Below, in pieces: positions 46,684 to 62,287 of a DNA stretch of 64,000 nt (position 1 is its first letter; every line of letters starts with the position of its first letter). The DNA comes from the human T2T-CHM13v2.0 reference genome, Homo sapiens, in assembly GCF_009914755.1 (NCBI RefSeq), contig NC_060931.1; one strand, 5' to 3'. The notes under the pieces were generated by a model. It made no database searches, was not told the DNA's origin, and saw only the letters and a list, made by a program, of their open reading frames with translations. A program made the position numbers and the translations under genes.

Positions 46684-47214
46684 TGGCTGAAAAGTGAAAT
46701 AACAGGCACTAGAACTTAGAGAAATCATGCTTAGATTTATTCTGAGCCACACTTGAAGACGGAAGCCCAGGAACACAGACTCAGTATAGACTAAGAATGT
46801 GTCTCTAAGTGGGTTACAGGAGGCACAGTATAGATACATTTCCTAATGAGGGATAGGCGTGGCACAGAAGGTGGGAGAAAGGAGGAGGGAAGCAGTAGTT
46901 GAATTTTTGTGATTCTGATTGGTGCTCGGTGACACTGTCCATAAGATAAGGTAAATATATGGTGGAGCGGGTAGGAGAAAGGTTAGGTGCCTTAGGGTCT
47001 GGTGGAGGGCAACTCTTTGCATCCTGTCTTTGTTCTACAGCTGATAAACAGGTTTATAACCAGTACCTGTCAGTGAAGTATGTAACAAACTCCAGTTACA
47101 CAGGCAAGAAGTCAGCTTTAGTTTACAGGCCTAGGTTTTATTACCTACATGTCTGACTACAGCCATCGTGGGCCATTGTGCAAATTTTCTTTTGAATTTT
47201 CCTTTTTTTAGACA
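46684..47214 (-). mobile_element. ERV1 (MER4-group-like) solo LTR
   Basis: TG..CA ends with near-TSD CCAT/TCAT; AGATTTATTCTGAGCCA (minus-strand AATAAA); CTGATTGG CCAAT box. Confidence 0.55.
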
Positions 47215-48109
47215 TCATACAAGATGTTAGGTGCCACAATAATGGTGACTCCAACCTTTGGCTTTGGGAGTTCAGTCCTTGTGGCTGAATGAATATTTGT
47301 TGAACAAATCTTAAGGCAAAGTTTTTTTTTAAATAAATATATCATTAAAATGATTGTTTCCAATCTTTTATTTTCATGTCCAGGAAGAGTATAAAAGACC
47401 CTTTGTCTGGGTTAAATAGAAGACTGACGGTGTGATGGAGTGTGTACTGCAGTTCGGCTCACCAGGTATGGTATAGACTCATTAGAGTTAGCATTAGACG
47501 AAATGAAAATCTGAATACAATGGGTGGTAGGAATTCACTGCAGGATCTGAAAATTCTGAGAAATGCTTTGGAGGCCTGGTAAATAGTCCATTGTGGGCTT
47601 CATTCTTTCCCACCTATCTCAAGAAAGAAACCACCGTTGCTTTCCATGGAAGAAAAAAGGATTGAAATGAAGTAGTTATATTTATTTACATTCCACCATT
47701 TCTTCTGGTCACTCCCAAGTTGCTTCCAGTGCGCAGAACAGGAGAGCATCTTTCATTTGGAAATAGGTGCCATCTTGTGAAGAGATATGAGTATGTTTTT
47801 TGTGCTTGAATAAGTTCTCTAGTCTTTGTCGGTGAATTTATAGAGGCAGGGGTTGTTTCTACATGGAAACAACCACTCTCTGTATTACAGTTCAGAGAAA
47901 ATTTTAGAATTCATGCAAGCAGGTGCTTAACAGCAGCTCTTAGAGAAGACATTGAATTAGAGGATTTCATGTCTGAAAAGATCTTTGAGGTAATTTAATA
48001 AATACTTCTTTCTATCTCAACTTCTGGGAGCTTTGGAGGATGACTTTTATTAGAGTTTGTTTGAAGGGGAATTAAAATAGGCACATGTTTTGAGACAAAT
48101 TAACAAAAA

Positions 48110-48555
48110 ATTATCCCTATCCAATTCATATCTTTAGGATAAATATATTACAATAACCAAAAACTGAAAATAATCAAAATATCCATCAACAGAACAATGG
48201 ATAAACAGAATGTGATATATTTATACAGTGAAATACTACACAGCAATCAAAAAGGACAAATTACTGACACAATGTGGATGAACCCCAAATACATTATATT
48301 GAAGAAAACAATATGAGGTTGATAATAAGAAGTTCAAGAACAGGCAAAACTAATTTATGGTGACAGAAGTAGAAAAAAACCTGGTTATTTCTTGAAGTGG
48401 CTATCAACTGAAATAGGGTTCGAGGACACTTTCTAGAACAATGGGAACGTTTTATATCTTCATCTGGGAACATGATTCTTGGGTATATACATATATAAAA
48501 GTCATTAAGCGGTGTACTTAAGATTTGCACATTTTACTTAATGTAAATCATACCA
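48110..48555 (+). mobile_element. Old L1M (L1MD/ME-like) 3' region
   Basis: CCATCAACAGAA..TGGATAAAC..AATACTACACAGCAAT..AAAAGGA..TGGATGAA..TACTTAAGATTTG. Confidence 0.7.
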
Positions 48556-48734
48556 ACCCTGCCGCCTCCAGAAAAACCCCCAACATCCCAAGCAATGAAA
48601 ACATACAGAGTGGGAAATATTTGTCTGATTTGGAACTTTTATTGTTGATAAGTTCAGTGAAGCACATTTGATAGAAGTTCCCCTTGACTAGCAGTTTAAA
48701 TAACTTGGGCATATTACTTAATGTCTCTGGGTTG

Positions 48735-48866
<132 letters not shown>

Positions 48867-50036
48867 ACAGCAGTTCATTTGTTCATCACACACAGGATCT
48901 GCTACCTAAGGTGGCACTGGTGTAGCAGGGGAGAGGACACGAAGATACTCCAGTTGCCATCCTTGATGCATTTCTGCCAAGACAGAGAGCCCAATAACAC
49001 CAAACTCAGTGTCACTGCCAAGACCAGCCCTGCCCTCATCTCCAGCCCTGCCCTAGTCTCCCTTTTTCTGCCTTTCTGGTTACAGCAGCACCACAGCAGC
49101 ATTGAAGAGGCCTCTGTTCAGGCCCAGGCAGGAGCGCGTCTTGTGGGGACCTGGCTTCCCCTGGTCTCTGTAGCTGCTCTTGTCCTCCAGCCGGCTGGCT
49201 CAGAAAAGCTCTTTCTGTTTGGTGACTAAGCCTGAAGCCACGGCAGGGGAGAGAGAGAGAGTGTGAGAATTTGAGGGCACCAGATCCCTACCCAGTCCCC
49301 AGAGCCTAAAATATGTGGCCAAGAATTGAAGTTTTTTGTCCTCAGGGAGAAAAATGACGAAGGTCCTCCCTGAGGCAGCCCCACAGACATATAAAGAGAC
49401 ACTACTCCTCCCCGGCCCAGCCCACCAGCCTACACCACAGGGACAGCACAGTGTCTCCCCACCCTGTCCTTGCCACAGGCCCCCCAAAGGGAGAAAAGTG
49501 GCATTTGTGGTTTGGACCTAGTCACAGGAACAGCATCCGGGTAATTTTCCATCTCTTCATTGACTCAAAGGCTTCCTCCGGACACAGGGAGGCAGAGCAG
49601 TTAAGTAGTTCCTGTTTGCTGATGAGAAAACTCCAAAGATGGAAGTGTCCTAACTCAGGGTCCTCGGGCAGAGGTCATGCTTGCCCTTCCTGAGTGAGAC
49701 TCCAGATCAACACAGGAAACTAGTTTATCTCCTTGACCTGGAGTGGAGTAAACAGTCTTTGGCCAAGGCATTCTCCTCTCGGAAGCAGGGTTCAGTGAAA
49801 GCATAAATATTGGCCCAAGAAGACCATAGCTTCTTAGGCTAGAATGGATTTAGAGATCAGAGACTCTACATCTATTTTATAGATGAGGAAACTTAAGCCA
49901 AGTGAGGCGAAGTAACTTGCTTAGGAGCAAAAGCCAATCAATGACACAACTATGAAAAGAACAAAAGTGATCAAGTCGGCTCAAATTCCAGAGATGACCA
50001 GACAGAGCTGACTACATCATATTTTATCCCACTAGA

Positions 50037-50263
50037 TGAGGGTTCTCAACCTCAGCACTGTTGACTTTTGGGGCTAGATAATTCCTTGTTGTGGGACCGT
50101 CCTATGCACTGTGGGATGTTTAACAGCATCCCTCGCTTCTACCCACTAGAAGCCAGTAGCATCCCTCACCCCAGCTGTGTCAATCAAAAATGTCTGCAGA
50201 CACTGCTAAACGTCCCAGGGTGGGGGTGGGGGGCACAAAATTGGCCCTGGTTGAGAGTTGCTG
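50037..50263. mobile_element. MER20, second copy
   Basis: Same diagnostic internal blocks as 10243-10456. Confidence 0.78.
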
Positions 50264-51416
50264 TGACAGAGAGCCCACTCTTTTAGTTCAACACTGAGAG
50301 ATACATTGGGATGCATTATTATTTGTGGACCTGTCTCATGCATCAGTCTGCAGTTCTTTGAGGGTCCAGACAGGGTTTTATTGACCTTTATGTTTCCTGT
50401 GTCTTGCATAGTACCTGACATGTGAGAGATGCAATTAATGGGTTTGCGTGAATGAATGAATGGACAAACTCACTGGGAGACCCTGGGATGTAAACTTTCA
50501 TTCACTATTATCCAGTATTATATAAGCACATTGGCCAGGTGTAGCCTGGCAGGAGATGCGGGAGGATGACTCGACTCATATGACTTTCTATCTGGGGGAC
50601 AGGAGGGATTCCTGTTTATCTACTTTGTCATCCACTATCATGGCACCACAGAAGGCATTTTTTGAGCTCCCTTCCCTGGGCTCCAGGCTTAATTATGTGG
50701 CTTATTTTCATTCTTATAAAACAATAGAAATAGCTACTACATGGTAGAAATTTTTTTTTCCCACTGGGGATGTAGCCAGCACTTTGGAATGTTAAGCCTC
50801 AAGACTCTTACAGTTAGAAGAGAAAGTCCCCCAAACATAGCCATTAGCAGCCATGAGAGCCATGGGAGAATATTGATCATAGAGTCATAGAATTTTGGCA
50901 TTGGGAAAAGTCACAAGTAAAATATAAAAGGCAGCCTCTCTACCACAAAATCCTATCATATTGTTTTTCTTAATCCCAGAAATTTTCACCAATGTTGACT
51001 TTGGGGAAATGATTAAATAATTTTGTGTCTGTTTTCCTGAAGATGAAATGCTTCAGAGGGTAGAGTCTTCATTTGTTTAAAAGAAAAAAAAAGTGTCTTC
51101 AGAGGACCTTGTATGCTAGATTATAAAATACAAATTCCAGTGCATCTTGAAAGGGTGGGTGTACTTTGAGCAGAACAAAAATGGAAGAGACTGAGTGAGA
51201 GAAAAAAAATACAGGCTATCAGTTAGATAGATATTACCAGAGAATCAGTTTAAGAATAAAAGGATGGGCTGACTTTTCATGAACTTTACTGGTCGATTAA
51301 TTCAAATGGACAAATTGTTTGGAAAGAGAACACAGTTAAAACAGCAATCAGCACAAAAAAAGGAGTAAAGACTTGCCAGTGAGAGGGAAGAATAATTGTG
51401 TTAGAAGCACGACTGG

Positions 51417-51726
51417 GGCCGGGCGCGGTGGCTCACACCTGTAATCCCAGCACTTTGGGAGGCCAAGGCGGGCGGATCATGAGGTCAGGAGTTCGAGACC
51501 AACCTGGCCAATATGGTGAAACCCCTTCTCTACTAAAAATACAAAAATTAGCTGGGTGTGGTGGCGCTTGCCAGTAGTCCCGGCTACTCACGAGGCTGAG
51601 GCAGAAGAATTGCTTGAATCCGGAGGCAGAGGTTGCAGTCAGCTGAGATCGTGCCACTGTACTCCAGCCTAGGCAACACAGTAAGACTCCATCTCAAAAA
51701 AAAAAAAAAAAGAAAAAAAAAAAAAA
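51417..51726 (+). mobile_element. Alu
   Basis: TSD AGAAGCAC(G/A)ACTGG. Confidence 0.9.
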
Positions 51727-51897
51727 GAAGCACAACTGGGTGGTATTGGGTTCATGTTACTTTAAAAGTGAATTTTACCAAGTGCATGAAGGACTCAGCA
51801 TAAAGCCCACATGTTGGTCTTCACTGCGTCAGAATTAGTATGATTGCTTTTCAGCCTATTGGGGAGGGATGGAGATTGGGCAGAAATATGATGTGAT

Positions 51898-52806
<909 letters not shown>

Positions 52807-53199
52807 TTCTGCCTTATTTCAAATGGAAGATGCCTGCCCAAGCCTGCTTCTCTCATACCTTTTCTTATCTGTCTGTAGTTTCTCAAAGAGTCAGGAAATC
52901 CAATTGCCTTTGAGAAGCCTAGGCAGCCAAGGAAGGAGAGAGAAGTTTCATAGGTCATTGCTGTAAGAAATTTCTTTCTCCTGTTCCCTTTTGTCTTGCT
53001 CCAGCAAGAGGAACAGCACCCTCTTTAAGGATTTAAGGACGGAAGGAAATTTGGGTAGATAAAGCCGGCACACACCGTAGCTCGTGTCCTGGGGAGATAA
53101 TGGCTCTGAACCTGCTAAAATAAATGGTCTGCTTTGTTCTTGAATAATAATCAGTTGGCAGCTTTGTTCTGTCTTCCCAGCAGCTGGATGAGATTTTGA

Positions 53200-53692
<493 letters not shown>

Positions 53693-55094
53693 CTGACCTT
53701 CTCTTAAAAAATAAAACAAAACAAAACAAAAAACAAATATTCTGGAGAAACACAACATATTAAGTTATTACCCCTTTAGAATAAAATTGTTCGTTGGAGT
53801 TTTTCTAACCCCACATTTGGCTGAAAGCAGTCTTGAAGTTATTGGATCCTAGGACAGGTGATTTTTATAGGTGCTGAGTGACCGAGAGGTTGATCACATA
53901 GAGAGATAATATAAAGGAAGCCCAGAAATAGAAGGATCTGGATAGTTCAGGAAAATGGAAGAAGTGGGAGACTAGCTGGAGCTACCCATGCAATTTTCCA
54001 CTGAGAATGAATCATGTTGCCTCTGTCCTCCTAGAAGTTCTCTGAGTCCCAACGTTTTCCCTCTGCTTCATTTGTCCAGCTGACTGAATGTTTCTAATTC
54101 AGGTAACAGCACAATTTGGGGCATGATGAAACTAGTTGCAAAATTCTCTAGATCATGGCGTGAATAAAGGTTAGAGGTTCCAGGACCATAGCCTATTGCC
54201 AACTGTCCTTGAAATGTGTCCTCTAGGTTTTAAAGGGCAAAGGATGTGTAGCTTTCCCCCTCCATGTGACAAAAGTACCTGATTCAGTGACAATATGGAC
54301 TTTAGAATCAGAAAACCAGGGGGCAAGCCCTAGTTTCTTTCCTTGTCAAGTGGAATGGCATCAAACAAGCATGATTGTTTCCTGCTCTGCAAGACAGGAG
54401 TAAAAATCCTGGTTTGTCTCTTTCATAGGGAGGTCAGGCTGGGCTTTACCCAGTTGTCAATAAGTAGAGTTTGCTGATTGTGACCACAGCTGTGGATGGA
54501 GAGCGTCAATTTCCTAATCAAAGGGAAGCCCATTCGGTGGCTCTGCCTCTATCGTCCCTGGTGAGGGCAGTGGTCTCTAAAGCAGCGCCTTGAATGTAAG
54601 AGCTGCTAATCAAAGAACAAGTGACATAAATTAGTCCAAATGAACAAATGGTGAAGGCCTTCTTATCTCTACTTCAGCTCATCCCAGGACGTGGGATGCT
54701 GTGGTCCAGCCAGGATGTTCACAGGGATTATCCATTCTGGGACATCACATTATCACTAAGTGTACCCAAGGGCGTGGGATGGGTACCAGTTAGTCAAAGT
54801 TTCATTAAATAAGCCCTTTCTGTGGGAAAGGACATGAGAACTTGGACACCATTGTTTGTCTCTAGCACTGATCTTCCTAGAAACTCTTCTTTGCTACTAG
54901 AAAGTATCTTTTCATTTTCTGGTTAAAAAACAACAACAACAACAAAAAAAAAACTACCAGTGTAAAATATCATTGGCTATCTCCAAAATGATCAAATGAA
55001 GGTGACTATCTAGATGATTCAGGTAAATTTGGTGGATTTGGGTATCCTATGCATTGATATGGGGGATGTAAATGGACAGAAAAAACGACGGGTA

Positions 55095-55325
55095 ATATTC
55101 ATTGAAAGCCTCTGTGTGCCAGACCCTGCACGGAGTGGCTACACATATTACTGCATTTAATTCTCATAACAACCCCCTGGGGTAAGTACTATTACACCCA
55201 CTTTACAGATGAGGAAAGTGAGGTTCAGGGAAGTCAAGGAACATTCCTATGCAGTTAGGAAGTAGCAGGGCTGAGACTGAAAACCAGCAATATTTGATTC
55301 CGAAGCTCATCCTCTTAACCCCCAC
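55095..55325 (-). mobile_element. MIR
   Basis: CCCACTTTACAGATGAGGAAAGTGAGGTTCAG core. Confidence 0.65.
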
Positions 55326-57032
55326 GCAATTATTTACCTCTTTACCTTGTCTTCCTATCTTGTAATTTCCAATCAATCTATCAGGAAACGTATCCCTCTT
55401 GCCCTTGAATTACCCGTGTTTTCTTTCTGCTCTTGGGCAACCCTGTGTTAAACTCCAGAGCGAGCCTCTGCCACACTGGAAGGAGATTGGCATTTGGTGT
55501 TGAGCTGTGGCCCATGCAGGCTTGTGAGCAGACTGGGCACCCTCTCTGGCAATGACTAAGGGTGCTGCAGATGCCCCTGCAATCCTTAGGGTGGGGACAT
55601 GGAAGGCAGAGCTTAAAGGGCCAGGGATGAGATGCCCTGTCACCATGAGGCTCTTCCTGAAGCTGGCAGGGGTCCTGCCCCCACAATGTCAGAGCTGTCC
55701 CCTGAGCCCCAACTCCACAGGTCATCCAGGGGCAGAGCTGAAGTTTCTCTTCTCACTTTCCCCTTCTTCAAAGTGGGCAAACTGATGTGATACCAAGGGA
55801 CAAAAGGATGAGGAAATGTATTTTGCCAGTTGTTTCGAAAACCTCAGAATCCAGCCCGTGCCTCCTCAGTGCAAGCCCTCTTGTAGAGGCACTCCTGGCT
55901 GCCACTCCTCGTCTTTCTCAAATCAGCACCACATCTCTGGGAGGCCATCCCTGAAGAACCAGGCTGGCTTAAAGTGCCCTCCCTCTGTGCATTCTGCTGT
56001 TTGCATGCATTATGAGTGCAAGAATGCCATTAGTGCATTTAGACCAATTTACTTGTCATTCTCTCTCTGCCTAGACTGGATGCTCTCCCGGGGTTGGGAA
56101 TACCTCAATATTAGCCCTTAACAAATACTTTGTGCATTTTGATGATCTGAGCTAATAAGGTGAACTGAAGAAAAAAATCATTATCCACTTCTAAGGGTGG
56201 CGGTGGCTATTGTATTTTGGCTGTTTGTTTTAAATACCCAACTCTTCCACCTTTTAAGCAGAACTGTTCTTCGGAATTTTTAGATGTCTTAGGAAGTTTC
56301 CTTGCCTCATTCAGATTACTGGGTCATGATTTAGTGTTCCAGGGAATTCCAGGGGAAAAAAAATCATTTTCCTTCTGTAAACCCTAATGTCCACTGCTCT
56401 GATAAAGGATCCCAGCTGTGACAAGGAGATTATTTACTTGAAACTAATGAGCAGAGCTAATTACTGCAGTGGACTTGGGCAGGGACAGAGTGGGACAGAG
56501 TGTACCAGAGCAGGCTGCTGGCAACCGTTCCAACCCTCCAGCTGGCAGCTGAGCCAGGAGCCCCCAGACATGTCAGCGCCTTTTGGTCTTCCAATTGCCT
56601 GTTCAATAGCAAACAGATTTTAAGATCATGGTTTGGGGCTCAATTGTCTGACAGGAGCCAAGAATGAATTTCTGTGGCTTGTTCTTTTCCTCACTGGTTC
56701 CAATTTTTGTAAAATATATAAGAATTAAAGTCTGACTTTTTTGAGGGTGTGGGATTTGGGATCCACCCCTCCCTTCCACAGCTTTATTCCTCACAACTCC
56801 TACATGATTCCTCTCCTCGAGAGCAGGAAACCTCTTTCTCACCCCTCACTCACAAATGCCTGGTTCCTAGGGCTGAGGCTTCTCTAGGCGAGAATATTCT
56901 CTCTGCCTGGAGTCTGAGCCACGTAAGCTCAAGCTCTCCTGCCAACAAGTTGTGCCACTGACGCTACCTCATGATATTCATGCCTTTATTTGGCATTCTG
57001 AGCTGTGTTTGTACCAGATTCCAAATCGCATT

Positions 57033-57093
57033 ATAACCCAGGTAACAAACCTGCCCATGTACCCCCTGAATCTAAAAATAAAAGTTAAAAAAA
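57033..57093 (+). mobile_element. Short L1P 3'-end fragment
   Basis: GTAACAAACCTGCCCATGTACCCCCTGAATCTAAAAATAAAAGTT. Confidence 0.65.
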
Positions 57094-58439
57094 TCTAATT
57101 ATAATTAACTACATGGGACATCCAAATTCTTTCCTATTGTGGGATTTTGTTAAACTGGGACCTGAGAGGAGGCCATAGTGGTATGAGGTGAAAATGAAGA
57201 GTTCATGTTCTATAAAGGGCTGAATTCAGCACCTGGCACCAGTTATGTACCTTTTTTAGACATTTCATTTCAGTACGCCTCTTTAGAGCATAGACTGTGA
57301 AGCCCAGTCCTGTTTTCTATGCTGTATGAGACAAACACACACACATGCATTAACCACGATCTGTGCTCTCAAAAGCTCTGCACTACAGTGGGGAGTGGCA
57401 AGACACACAGGCATAGAAGGTAGGAGAGTTCTAAGGTGATGCAGGGGCTGCAGGAGAGAGACGGCGTGGAGAGCGGGCCAAGGAGTGCCAGGATTCAGTG
57501 AGCAAAGGCCAGCTATGGGTGACGTGAGCTGGAAAAGGCTTAATGAGGAAGAATGGTTGAAAAATATAGGCTCTGTTTTGCCAGAGACTATTGGAGAAGG
57601 GACTCTGGGCATGAGAAAGGGTGTGTGGAAGCCCAGAGATGGTTACTATGGCAACAAAGGATGCCAGGACCACTGAGGTGCAGGTTCTGATGGGCATTGG
57701 TAAGGTCTGTAGGAGATGAGGGGATGATGGCACCTGGGGATGCATCATTAGGGAAACTCTCAGGGGCCTGAGCAAGGATGACTTCATGAGAAGGGTTAGC
57801 AGATGGCCAGCATTTCGACATCTGCGTAAGGAAAACACTGGTTTTCCTTGAAAGTATGGTGTAAGAAGCATCTCCCAGCTTAAGCTAGAAGCAGGCAGAG
57901 GAAGGGAGCCTCTGTGTTGGAGAAACATGTGACCAAAGTGTGCCCTGGAAAATGGCAGGCAGCTAAGGTGACAGTGGAAGAAAGAGGTGAAAATGGCCCA
58001 CAACAAAGGCAAGTTAGCACCAAGAATTGGAGCTTCACAGGACAAACCACAGGGGTTGTTGTGGGAAGCTCTGGCACGAACGAAAGTGGGCACCTAGTTT
58101 TTGTTTGTTTGTTTGTATTGAATTAGTAAACACACTCTGCGCTTTGAATCCTTAAGGACAAATAAGGTATTGTCATGGATCTAAGTTCTTGAATTTTTTC
58201 AAAAAAACTTAGAGATTCTTATTCCATACAACTGAGTCAAGTGATAGGTCAAAATAAAGGGGAAAAAAGTTGAGGAATCAGTACAAAAATAGGACCCCTA
58301 TATTTTAAATATTTTAACTTAAGACATCAAATGTACATTTATCTCCTAATATTTTAATATTGAGTCTAGGCTTTTTCTTTGACCACAGGTATGCTGATTT
58401 GAGCTCCTTCTCTTCTTTCTTGTATGAGCCACATTCATA

Positions 58440-58994
58440 ATGGATCCAATAATGGCCACAAATAAATCCTTTGCAACTCCTCACAATGAGAGGTGGAGTC
58501 CAATTTTTCTTTGCTTGAATCTGGGCTGGCTTTTTTCTTGACCAGTAAAATGCAGTGGGAGTGACATTCTGAAATTTCCGTGGCTGGGGTTGAAACTCTT
58601 CTCTGGGTTCCTTGGAATCCTTGCTGAGAACCCTGAATTACCACGCAAGAAGTTTACTACTTGGAGTTCACATGCTTAAAAGGTTACATATTGGTGCCAG
58701 CTGATCTCAGCCTCCCAGCCATCCCCATCAAGGCATCAAGGTGCAAGACATGAGTGAGGCCATCCTGGGCCCTCATCCTGGAAGCAGCCTAGCCCATCCA
58801 CTATCAAATGACCTTTGCTGATACCATATGGAGCAGAAAAATTGAATGGCTGAGCCCTGTGTGAATTCCTAATTCACAAAATGGTGAGATATAATAAAAT
58901 GGTGGTTTTATTATATTCATATATATTTATCCTTAACATTGGTTTTAAGCTACCAATGTTTAGAATAGTCTGCTATGTTACAGATGCCTGGAAC
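58440..58994 (+). mobile_element. MLT1 (MaLR) LTR
   Basis: GAGAGGTGGAGTC..CTTGAATCTGGGCTGGC..GACATGAGTGAGGCCATC..GCTGAGCCCTG..AATAAAATGGTGGTTTT. Confidence 0.7.
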
Positions 58995-59519
58995 TTTGTT
59001 GTAGAGAAGGCTGGGCACATGTTAACAGAGCTGAGAGAGACCTAGAGGTCAGTTATTTCAACTCCCTGATTTGCACATAAGAATTCTGAATATTGTCAGA
59101 GGCCTCCAGAAACTGAGCACAAAATGCAGCAATCACATAGAAGGTGCTGGAGCTTCCTTACTTCAGCTTTACCTCCCCTGCCCTTGATGGTGAAGCGTCT
59201 CTTGTGTTTACCTTTCCTGGATAACCCCACTGGAAATGTGCCCTAAGCAGAGTAAGATGTATGGATGGTCAACCATGTCATCTTGTCCATGTGAAGTTGT
59301 TCCAAAAATCTATTTTTTAGGGACAGTGTCTGTCTGCCTCCCAGGGCCACAGAAGCTCTCTTAGGTCTAGGACTGCATTTTCTGTTTGTCTGGCTTCACT
59401 CCTCTTTCCATTCCTTCTAGAGAGCCTACTACAGAGAGGGTCCCTCTACCCCACTGGGGGCAGCATCCCAGCCTAAACAAGGAGATTCTTAGTCTATACA
59501 CTCGTAGACAATCCTATGA

Positions 59520-59697
59520 CAGGCCCGGTTCCATAAGCCTGTGACCAGTGAAGTCACACAGGGCCCCATACACAAAAGAACCCTGTGCTCAATTTAGTGT
59601 TCTGCTGTTGCCGTCTCAAAATTCTTAATACATTTTGAACAAGGAGCCCTGGCTTTTCATTTTGTACTGGGCCCTGAACATTAAGTAGTTGGTCCTG
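59520..59697. mobile_element. MER45-like hAT-Tip100 MITE
   Basis: CAGG..CCTG ends; GTCACACAGGGCCCC; AAATTCTTAATA..TTTGAACAAGG..TTTTCATTTTGTACTGGGCCC. Confidence 0.6.
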
Positions 59698-60480
59698 CTG
59701 GTGACTCATACTCGTGTGGTGGGACCAGGAGCCTCAGCTATTTCATTAGTTCAGCCTGTACTATCTCACTGGGGACCAGGTGGAGAAGTTGCATCAGCAA
59801 GGAAGGACAAACCACATGAAAACTGAATACTGTATTCATGTTTCCCTCTGTCTGACAGATCCCCTCAAAGATCTTAAGAACAGATACTCCCAACCCCTGT
59901 ATGTAATTAACAATGTGCCCTAATCCTCTGGTAGAATTAACCGGGTGTGAGGGATGCTAGGCTGGGAACGGGGCTGGAGACAGTGTCCTGTAGCTCAGGC
60001 CTAAAACAACAGAACCTAGAATGTGCTGAATCCCAGCTCTTCTTCCCTAGGAACCAAGCTGAGGAAGCTCCTTCTCCACCAGCTGGGTTTTTTCTACTCG
60101 GGGAGATAGCAGGGGACAGGGAGGAGCAGGGGTGTCAGGCACGCAGAGCTTCTATAATAGGCCAGGGAGGAAATGAAGAGCTAGGACCCCACCTAGAGTC
60201 TTGATAGTTTAGGAAGCTCGGCTGGACTGAAGGAGGCCCACAGCCCCTCCTGCAGCAAATGTGAATCCCACTCCTCATAACAAATCATTGCACATGTGCT
60301 AATCATTTTTAGCGCCATCCTCCGCCTGCCATTGGCTTGTCCTTTTGCATATCTGCCCCCGTCCAAACACAGCTGTCTCTTTTTTGTCTACCAGCTGTCT
60401 CTCAAAAAATCAAAAAGTCTGGGTTGGAGGCCTAGCTAATGTTTCTTTGCTTTTTCTCTATCTCTTTATTGTCTGAGAAC

Positions 60481-60654
60481 CATGATACTCAAAGTGTGGT
60501 CCCTGAACCAGCAGCACCAGCATCACCTGGGAAATTGTCAGAAATGCTGATTCTCGAACCTCTTGAATCAGAAACTCTAGGGTGTGGCTGGTAATCTGAA
60601 TGTCTAACAAGCCCACCAGGTGAGTCTAATGATCACTCCAGTTGGAAAACCACT
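60481..60654. mobile_element. MER5A
   Basis: CTCAAAGTGTGGTCCC..ACCAGCAGCA..CATCACCTGGGA..GAATCAGAAACTCT..AACAAGCCC..AAACCACT. Confidence 0.75.
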
Positions 60655-61939
60655 CTCTTTGAGACCTATGACAGCAATAAGGCCCCCTACCAGCCCCCAA
60701 AATTTCAGAGTTGACACCTGTGTGATGGATGAGGTCTTATTTTTGAAAAGGAAAGAAATAGTAACTTTTAGGTACAACACCCCTCATCCACGCACACACA
60801 AAAGTACACACAAAGTGGAAGAATGCCTGGCTCCTCCCTCCTCCTCTGTTTACCATCTGTTAGCCATGCTTTGAGTTGTTTGAACAAGAGAATCAGTGTC
60901 AGAATAAACTTGCTTGTAGGGTGTCTGGAAGGCAGGTGCGGCCTGCCACTTCTAATGCAAGCTGAGAACAAACACGGCATACTGAGCCCAAATCGGCCTT
61001 CTGCTGCTAGAGACAGAGGTAGAATTTATGTTTTGCTGGGATGATACCCCCTAATGTGCTGCCTTACCTTGGGGCCTTAATTAGAAGCAGCAGTGGCCCT
61101 CTGGCCTGCTGAGCTTCTATTTGATGTGATTGCACAAAAGAGCTGAGATGGAAAACTAGAACTTTTGTTTTTTCACACATTCTAAAAAGCTTTTTCATAA
61201 AAGCCCCTTTCTTGTTTCTTGTTTGCTGTCACATGCACCAAGATAATTTAAAAAAGATTTATACAGGGTAAACAATTGGTAAAATCTGTCTTTCCCTTGT
61301 TTGTTCTAGTATTATCAGGTTCAATTTATTTTTTCTCTGCCCCACCTCCTCTTCCTCGCAAGGACCCTCCCATCTGCAGCCACCTCCCATTTATTTACCA
61401 CTGCCTCCCTGTGGGTCCCTTTTCCTTTTCCTTGGGTCTTTCTAGAGCTATCCTAGTGTTTAGTGTTGAAAGCTTGAACGTTTAAAAAAATATTCAATAC
61501 AAAAGTGAAAAATATCCACCTAAAATGTGGGTGTTTTAATTTCATAATTGCGCCCCTCTGAATTGACCTGATAAATGAAGCTAAAAAGCTGTGGAGATGT
61601 AATTGGCTTGCTTTATACCCATAGAAGCAATGGAGGACACACCACAGGCTGTTAGACACCAGCAGTAACCTGTATGAAATGCATAATAAGGAGCAGGAAA
61701 GAGATGTGACTATGTTCCTGGATCTACCACGTGTGTTGTGTAAATAAATTCATGATCTCAGCCCAGTGGCATTCTTGGCTCAAAGCAAGTCCTAATTAAC
61801 TGTCTACTGTGTGGCACTTCCTGCATAGCAGAGTAGCCTTACCCTTGGTTAACAGGAACCTCATAAGAACTGATGTTTTCTGACATATCAAGGGGGTCTT
61901 GCACCTGGACTTGTGGAGCCGTGTTAATCAGAAAGATAA

Positions 61940-62287
<348 letters not shown>

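Noticed and set aside
57431-58093. 220-aa minus-strand ORF
   Set aside because: Non-ATG start and no domain; the purine-rich plus strand looks like degenerate old repeat
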